Shown here: piece after piece, positions 58,206 through 64,000 of the stretch
Layout of the letters: each line of letters begins with the position of its first letter
Position numbering within the stretch: position 1 is the stretch's first letter
DNA from: an uncultured Candidatus Peribacteria bacterium
Lineage (GTDB): Bacteria > Patescibacteriota > Gracilibacteria > Peribacterales > Peribacteraceae
Length of the DNA: 64,000 bases
Assembly: GCA_964541635.1 (NCBI GenBank)
Contig: CAZIQM010000001.1
Location: 5,852 to 69,851, forward strand
Direction of reading: 5' to 3'
Made by a program: the position numbers and the translations under genes
The notes under the pieces: model-generated
Database searches by the model: none
Seen by the model: only the letters and a program-made list of their open reading frames with translations
Told to the model about the DNA's origin: nothing

Positions 58206-60062
58206 GGAATGCATACACACACCCTCCGCCGCGTCACCGCGAGCCTTTCCGCCATCGTCGCGGGGGTGATCGTCCCCTCGGTCACGTTCGCCCAGGTGGT
58301 CGGCGGCGGGACGCTGCCGGTGAACCAAACCTACGACGTCATCTCGAAGTACACCGTCCTGGTCGCCCAGTTCTTGAACATCATGACCTGGTTCGTGTTC
58401 TCGTTCCTCATCTTCCTCCTCGATCCCCGCTTCATGTTCGACATGAAAGACGGGGTGGAAGGAAGCCTGATGGAGGTGTTGAACCTCATCTGGCGGCTTT
58501 CCAGGGACCTCATGAACGTGGGTTTCGCCGTCGGGCTCGTGGGCGCGGCCATCTACACGGTTGTGAAGGCGGACAAGGAATTCGTCTCGGCGCACCTGAA
58601 AACCTTCGTGATGGCGGTCGTGCTCGTGAACTTCTCGTGGTTCATCCCGCGGGTCATCCTCGACGTCGCCAACATCGCCACGGCCACCGTCTACTCGATT
58701 CCCACGGCGATCACGAACCCCGCGGCGCAGTGCACCTACACGAGCGTGAAGGAGGAGGGCTGCATCAAGGCCGACGCCGGCGGCGCGGCGCTTCCGCCGG
58801 GCGAAATGCTCTGCAAGTGCAAGGCCGTGGCCGACTTCATCCCCTTCCCCGGCACCAAGAAGGCCGAAGACCTCAAAGAGAAGGATAAAACCTGGCAGTG
58901 CTACTGGCTCTACTGCGTCCGGTTCGTCGAGCTGGACCCCAAGACCAGCACCAAGCAGGGCGGCGTCTTGAACGGACTGATCATCAACCACGCCCGCCTG
59001 CCCCAGCTGGCGGTCGTCACGCGCACGGACGTCGACGGCGACATCGCCGACCTCCTGCTCTTCATCCTGCGGCAAATGGTCGTGATCATGATCCACATCG
59101 CGATCCTCTTCCCGCTCGTGGCCTTGCTCATCGCGCTCGTCGTCCGGATCCCTATCCTGTGGATGACGATCGCCTTCATGCCGTTCTACTTCGTCAGCTG
59201 GGTGATCCCCGACGAAATACCCGGCATGGGGCAGGTGAAGGAATTCGCCGACAAAATCCTCAGCCTGTTCCTGAAAGCCGCGTTCCTGCCCGCGGCGGTC
59301 GCCGTGCCCCTCAGCATCGGCTACCTCATGGCGAACGCCGGCTCGCGGGTGTCGTTCGACGGCATCAAGGACATGCCGTTCAACCTCATCGACGGCATGG
59401 GCAACTTCGGCCAATTGCTGTGGGTCATCATGGTGCTCGGCATCCTCTGGACCGGCACCTTCACGGTCCTCGAGATGATGATGTCCGGCATGCCGGGCGA
59501 AGGCCTCATCGGCCAAATCAAGGAAACGGGCGAACAGGCCGGCAAGTTCGCGGCGGAGTTGCCGCTCTCGTCGGTACCGCTGCCGGGCGTCGCGGGCAAC
59601 AACCTCCTCAAGTTCGGCAAGATGTTCGGCGCCGAAGGCATCCGCAACGCGCGCTCCACGCTCCAGCGCGGCGGTCCCAGCGCCCTCCTGGGCGCGGCCA
59701 CGGGCGGATTCAAGGACGAAGACATCCTCAAGACCCGCGGCCAAGACATCGCGAAGGAAAAGGACGGCAAGGACAAGTTCGTGAAAGCGCTCGATGAGTT
59801 CAGCGGCAAGGACGCCGGTAGCCTGAAGGTCGACGACATCCAGGTGATCTTCAAGGACCAGCTCAAGGGCACGGGGGTCACGCTGACGGACGACAACTTC
59901 AAGAAGCACATCGGCGACCTCATGAAGACGCTCAACCTCGACGACGGCAAGATCCGCGCGTTCAACACGCAGGCCGACAAGTACATCAACCTGAAGAAAG
60001 CCGGCGGCGGCGCGCCCGCCCCGGGCGGCGCCCCCGGCGCACCTCCCGCTCCCGTCATCTAA
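58206..60062 (+). CDS. polytopic membrane protein with a Cys-rich external loop and long soluble tail (TrbL/VirB6-like topology, tentative)
   Basis: Signal peptide MHTHTLRRVTASLSAIVAGVIVPSVTFAQ, about 8 TM helices, a 7-Cys loop and a Gly/Pro-rich C-terminal end. The TTG at 58173 is rejected as the start. Confidence 0.8.
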   Translation, partial: GMHTHTLRRVTASLSAIVAGVIVPSVTFAQVVGGGTLPVNQTYDVISKYTVLVAQFLNIMTWFVFSFLIFLLDPRFMFDMKDGVEGSLMEVLNLIWRLSRDLMNVGFAVGLVGAAIYTVVKADKEFVSAHLKTFVMAVVLVNFSWFIPRVILDVANIATATVYSIPTAITNPAAQCTYTSVKEEGCIKADAGGAALPPGEMLCKCKAVADFIPFPGTKKAEDLKEKDKTWQCYWLYCVRFVELDPKTSTKQGGVLNGLIINHARLPQLAVVTRTDVDGDIADLLLFILRQMVVIMIHIAILFPLVALLIALVVRIPILWMTIAFMPFYFVSWVIPDEIPGMGQVKEFADKILSLFLKAAFLPAAVAVPLSIGYLMANAGSRVSFDGIKDMPFNLIDGMGNFGQLLWVIMVLGILWTGTFTVLEMMMSGMPGEGLIGQIKETGEQAGKFAAELPLSSVPLPGVAGNNLLKFGKMFGAEGIRNARSTLQRGGPSALLGAATGGFKDEDILKTRGQDIAKEKDGKDKFVKALDEFSGKDAGSLKVDDIQVIFKDQLKGTGVTLTDDNFKKHIGDLMKTLNLDDGKIRAFNTQADKYINLKKAGGGAPAPGGAPGAPPAPVI

Positions 60063-60068
60063 TCCCCC

Positions 60069-61385
60069 ATGACGTCCGGCGCAGAACGATTGCCCACCGG
60101 CCCCCGCGAAACGCCCGAACAGGAGCGTGGCCGCTTGCTGGACGCGACCGTGACCCAACTCGCCTCGCGGAAATTCGACGAGGTGCGGCGCAACCCGGGC
60201 CTGACCCAGGATGCGCAAACGAGGAAAAGCTACGAAACCATGATCGGCGAGCTGCAATCGCTCCACGGCGCATCGAAAAGCGTCGCCGCGGACGCGGAGA
60301 GGCACGTGACGCCGTACTTCGATTCGATCGATCCCACGGGCAGCGCCTCGCAGCGACTCGAGGAAATCTGCGAACGGATCCAAGCCGATATCCCCGCGTA
60401 CGGCGAGGAACCGGTCGACCACCCGTACCTCACGCGCTCGACCGTCGACCCCCGGGTGAAAGGCCTCGAACCGGTGGAGGATGACAAGAAGATCTCGATC
60501 TACCACATCTTCAACGGATCGCCGTTCTGCAAAGGGGCCCTCCGGACCGACATCGCCTTCCTCCGCGGGCACCTGAAGAACGTTCCCGCGAACACCGACG
60601 CGTCGAAGGGGCTCACGACGCTCATCCTCCACATGGAACGGATGCGCATGACGGACCCGCCGAACTCGTGGGAACACCTCATGCAGGTTGAACGGGGCGG
60701 CAGGACCGCGATGGACACCGGCGTCAAAGAAATGGGCCGCGTGGCCCTCGCGGGCATCTTCCTCGCGGGGCTTACCCTCACCGGCATCGCGTCGATCGTG
60801 CAGTTCTTCCGCAAAGGCGAACTGTCGCTCTCGTGGGTGTTCTGGCTCGTCGCGGCGCTCGTGGCGGCCGACAAGGACATCCTGAAGACCATGTTCGGCA
60901 GCGACGCGAAAATCCTGAAGGATTTCGATGACGTGAACCGCGTGAGCACGAACCCGCGCCTTCGCAGGATCGCGGGAAAATACGACGTGGGCGGCCAGCG
61001 CTGGTCCGCCGTCGTCCAGAAGCTCTACGACGACGAAGAAGAGTACCGGAAGGTCATCGAGCTGAAATCGCCCGATGCGGAAACCCTCGCGAAGACGGTG
61101 AACGAGCTCTCGGGTGAACAACCGATCAAGCCCGGCGAAGAGCCGCCGAAGGGCACGATCCGCGGGGCGCTGTACCTGATGCTCACCACGAAGGACGCGC
61201 GGGGCGTCAGCGAATTCGAGGAATTCTTCACTGGGCTCATGGGCGCGAAAGCCGAAGGCGGCCGGGAATTCATGGTCACGTTCGTCCGCAACGACTCGTT
61301 CAAAGCCGGGCTCGACATGGATGCCGGCACGATGAAGGGCGTGAAAGCGACCGTCGCGGCGCAGAAAGGAGCGGCAGGACGCTGA
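60069..61385 (+). CDS. hypothetical membrane protein (438 aa, 2 central TM helices)
   Basis: Starts 6 nt after the upstream stop. TM pair VALAGIFLAGLTLTGIASIV / WVFWLVAALVAA. Confidence 0.75.
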   Translation: MTSGAERLPTGPRETPEQERGRLLDATVTQLASRKFDEVRRNPGLTQDAQTRKSYETMIGELQSLHGASKSVAADAERHVTPYFDSIDPTGSASQRLEEICERIQADIPAYGEEPVDHPYLTRSTVDPRVKGLEPVEDDKKISIYHIFNGSPFCKGALRTDIAFLRGHLKNVPANTDASKGLTTLILHMERMRMTDPPNSWEHLMQVERGGRTAMDTGVKEMGRVALAGIFLAGLTLTGIASIVQFFRKGELSLSWVFWLVAALVAADKDILKTMFGSDAKILKDFDDVNRVSTNPRLRRIAGKYDVGGQRWSAVVQKLYDDEEEYRKVIELKSPDAETLAKTVNELSGEQPIKPGEEPPKGTIRGALYLMLTTKDARGVSEFEEFFTGLMGAKAEGGREFMVTFVRNDSFKAGLDMDAGTMKGVKATVAAQKGAAGR

Positions 61386-61388
61386 GCG

Positions 61389-63620
61389 TCACTCGTCCTT
61401 CTTCTTGAATTCCTTGTTGTAGACCTCGAGGATATCGCCCTCCATGACCGGGATGGTCGATTCGACGCGCATGCCGCACTCGGAATCCGCCTTCGCTTCC
61501 TTGATGTCCTGGTCCACGCGGCGGAGCGACAGGATGCGCCCCGTGCCCACGAGCTGCTCGCCGCGCATCATGCGGAAGAGCACGCGCTTCACGACACCGT
61601 CGGTCACGCGGCCGCCGACGATCATCTCTTTCTTCTGCGTGAGGAACACGCCCTTCACTTCGAGGTGGCCGAGGACTTTCTCCTGCTCCTCGGGCACCAA
61701 GAGCCCCTGGAGCAGGCCTTCCATGTCTTCCAAGAGGGCGTAGATGACCTCGTATTCGCGGATTTTCACGCCTTCGCGGTCGGCCGTGCGCACGACGGCC
61801 TGGGGCACGTCCGCGCGGAAGGACACGACCAACGCCTGCGAGGCGGCGGCCATCATCACGTCGCTCTCCGACACCGCGCCGATCGCGCCGTGGATGACCT
61901 TCACCTGGAGCTCGGAGGTCTTAAGCTTCTCGAGCGCCTGCTGGAGCGCCTCGAGCGAACCCTGCGCATCGGCCTTGAGGACGATCTTCAACTGCGTCGC
62001 TTTGCCTTCGTGCAGGAGCGACACGAGGTCGCCCGCGGGCTTGCGGCTCACCGCCCCCGCCTGGTCGAGGAACACCTTCTGGAGGTCCTTCGCTTCGCGA
62101 TCGGTGGTCATCGCCTGCAGGATGTCGCCCACGCTGGGAACGTCGCCGAAGCCCGAGATACGGACCGCGCCGGAGGGTCCCGCCTGCTGGAGGCGCGCGC
62201 CCGTGGCGTCGGTCATGCTGCGGACCTTGCCCGTGGTGCGGCCGCAGAGGAACGGATCGCCCACCTTGAGCGTTCCGGTGTTCACGATGACCGTGGCCAG
62301 CGCGCCGAGCGACGGGTCCAGGTTGCTTTCGATGACGGTGCCGATGGCGCGGCGGTTGGGGTTGCCCTTGAACGGCGTGAGCTCCGCGCGCAGGAGGATG
62401 GTGTCGAGGAGCGTGTCGATGCCCATCTTCGTGACGGCGGACGTCGGCACGTAGGCCGTGTCGCCGCCCCATTCCTCGGGCTGCAGGCCGTGCGCGGCCA
62501 ATTCGCCCTTCACGCGGTCCGGATCGGCGTTCGGGCGGTCCATCTTGTTGATCGCGACGATGATCGGCACGCCGGCTTCCTTCGCGTGATTGATGGCCTC
62601 GACGGTCGTGGGACGCACGCCTTCTTCGGCGGACACCACGAGGATCGCGATGTCGGTGATCTGCGCGCCGCGGGCGCGCATCTGCGTGAAGGCTTCGTGA
62701 CCCGGGGTATCGAGGAACGTGATCGGTTTGCCGGCGTGCATCACCTGGTACGCGCCGATGTGCTGCGTGATGCCGCCCGACTCCCCCGCCACGACGTTCG
62801 TCTTGCGGATGGCGTCGAGCAGCGAGGTCTTGCCGTGGTCGACGTGGCCCATGACCACGACGATCGGGGCGCGTTCGACCAGGTTCTCCGGCTCGTCCTT
62901 CGTGAGCTCCTCGAGGTTCTTGCTGAGCAAGTCCTCGACCTTCGTTTCCTGTTGTTCGCGGCTCACCTGCACGCCGAGCTCGCCGGCGACGATGGCCGCC
63001 GTTTCGTAGTCGATGGTCTGGGTGATCGTGGCGAGCACGCCGTTCTTGAGCAACGCGCCGACCACCTGCGGCACCTGGATGCCGGTCTTCTCGGCGAATT
63101 CCTTCACCGTGATCTGCGCCGGGAGCGGCACGACGCCTTCTTTCTTCTTGATCTGCTGCTGGACCGTGGGCTTCTTTTCCTCGCGCCGCTCGGAGCGGTC
63201 GCGCTGCGGACGGCGTTGGCCGCCGCGGTGCCCTCCCGGTCGGGGCGGCAGCACGGCGGGGCGGTGGCGCATCGCGGCCTCCTTCGACACGTCGTCGAGG
63301 GTCAGCTTGCGGAGCACGTGGAGCGATTCGGGGGCGACGGGCGCCGCGGGCGCCGCGGGGGCGACGGGCGAAGGCGCGTCGAGCGTGGCGGTGGATGTCG
63401 GGGCGGGTTGATCGTCGTCGTCCCCGGTCGGCGGGGCGGTGAGGAGGCTTTCGTCGATCTTGATGCCGTGCTTGCGCGCGACGAAGCGCACGATGCCGAG
63501 CGCCAGGTTATCGGGCACTTCGCGATCCGTGGGGCGCACGCCGAAGTCGACCAACTCCAGCTCCTTGCGGAGCTGCTGTCCCGTCATGCCGAGGATTTTA
63601 CCAATCTGAACAAGACGCAT
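61389..63620 (-). CDS. infB: translation initiation factor IF-2
   Basis: [20 protein letters not shown] and NKMD, plus the C-terminal beta-barrels. Confidence 0.96.
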   Translation of the reverse strand: MRLVQIGKILGMTGQQLRKELELVDFGVRPTDREVPDNLALGIVRFVARKHGIKIDESLLTAPPTGDDDDQPAPTSTATLDAPSPVAPAAPAAPVAPESLHVLRKLTLDDVSKEAAMRHRPAVLPPRPGGHRGGQRRPQRDRSERREEKKPTVQQQIKKKEGVVPLPAQITVKEFAEKTGIQVPQVVGALLKNGVLATITQTIDYETAAIVAGELGVQVSREQQETKVEDLLSKNLEELTKDEPENLVERAPIVVVMGHVDHGKTSLLDAIRKTNVVAGESGGITQHIGAYQVMHAGKPITFLDTPGHEAFTQMRARGAQITDIAILVVSAEEGVRPTTVEAINHAKEAGVPIIVAINKMDRPNADPDRVKGELAAHGLQPEEWGGDTAYVPTSAVTKMGIDTLLDTILLRAELTPFKGNPNRRAIGTVIESNLDPSLGALATVIVNTGTLKVGDPFLCGRTTGKVRSMTDATGARLQQAGPSGAVRISGFGDVPSVGDILQAMTTDREAKDLQKVFLDQAGAVSRKPAGDLVSLLHEGKATQLKIVLKADAQGSLEALQQALEKLKTSELQVKVIHGAIGAVSESDVMMAAASQALVVSFRADVPQAVVRTADREGVKIREYEVIYALLEDMEGLLQGLLVPEEQEKVLGHLEVKGVFLTQKKEMIVGGRVTDGVVKRVLFRMMRGEQLVGTGRILSLRRVDQDIKEAKADSECGMRVESTIPVMEGDILEVYNKEFKKKDE

Positions 63621-63680
63621 CGGATACGCGAAACGCGCCCGACGATCCTAGCAACCTTTACGCTTTGCCGAAAGGAAGAA

Positions 63681-64000
63681 TCACGCGTTGTTCGACACGC
63701 TCCTGATGACGTCGGTGCCGCCCTGGAGCGCGTTCGCGGGGCGGACCGCCTCGATCACGTCGACCGACTTCGCGGCCGGCTTCGCCGGAGCCGGCGCCGG
63801 CGGCACGATGCGCGCCACCGAGGGCACCGCCGCTTTCGGGGCGACGGGCGGGATGTCCTTCATGCCTTCGTCCTGCTGCTGCGCTTTCATCCCCTCCTTC
63901 AGCTTCTGCACGCACTCGATGACCTGCAGCTGGAAGTTGTCGAACTTCGGCACGCGGAAACCCGAGGCCCGGGCGTGCCCGCCGCCGCCGTAGGTTTGGC
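63681..64000 (-). CDS. hypothetical protein; the 5' end may lie beyond the window
   Basis: The frame is open to the window edge (...YGGGGHARASGFRVPKFDNFQLQVIECVQKLKEG...). Ala/Pro-rich C-terminus. Confidence 0.45.
   Translation of the reverse strand, partial: QTYGGGGHARASGFRVPKFDNFQLQVIECVQKLKEGMKAQQQDEGMKDIPPVAPKAAVPSVARIVPPAPAPAKPAAKSVDVIEAVRPANALQGGTDVIRSVSNNA

Overview
High-GC (about 60-65% by eye), very gene-dense bacterial window with about 60 credible CDS and 2 tRNAs. The standard genetic code applies: TGA, TAA and TAG all end conserved proteins at the expected length. The housekeeping backbone is tkt (5' partial), recG, a NUDIX gene, miaA, clpP, tgt, rplU, msrA, pth, lepB, secE-nusG, murJ, murC, an ftsB-like gene, rpmA, lepA, rplS, infB, tRNA-Ser(UGA) and an initiator-like tRNA-Met. 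Many small orphan membrane or secreted proteins are interspersed, a pattern typical of a reduced CPR/Patescibacteria-like genome; a Peregrinibacteria-like high-GC lineage is only a guess. Most long ORFs in the six-frame track are antisense or read-through shadows caused by the high GC and were not called. Accessory content worth attention: (1) a low-GC GIY-YIG nuclease cassette with ~50-bp inverted repeats at the 3' end of miaA, next to a degenerate duplicate of the miaA C-terminus; (2) a ~200-nt promoter-to-terminator unit with no ORF that folds as a long rod, a candidate ncRNA; (3) an AT-rich orphan gene preceded by a 56-nt tRNA-like minihelix; (4) two adjacent, independently transcribed giant surface-protein genes of 2216 and 1936 aa, one with a sortase-like signal and the other with 24 Cys-bracketed DNDGDG modules and a Trp-rich tail; (5) a lysyl-oxidase-like lipoprotein with all catalytic residues conserved; (6) an apparently leaderless three-gene operon ending in a 2031-aa orphan membrane protein; (7) a divergent wHTH regulator / polytopic membrane protein locus with palindromes and a 13-bp 5' hairpin; (8) an unusual translation-initiation architecture, either leaderless or with CU-rich leaders and almost no Shine-Dalgarno sites. 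No CRISPR array, rRNA or classical IS/transposase was seen.
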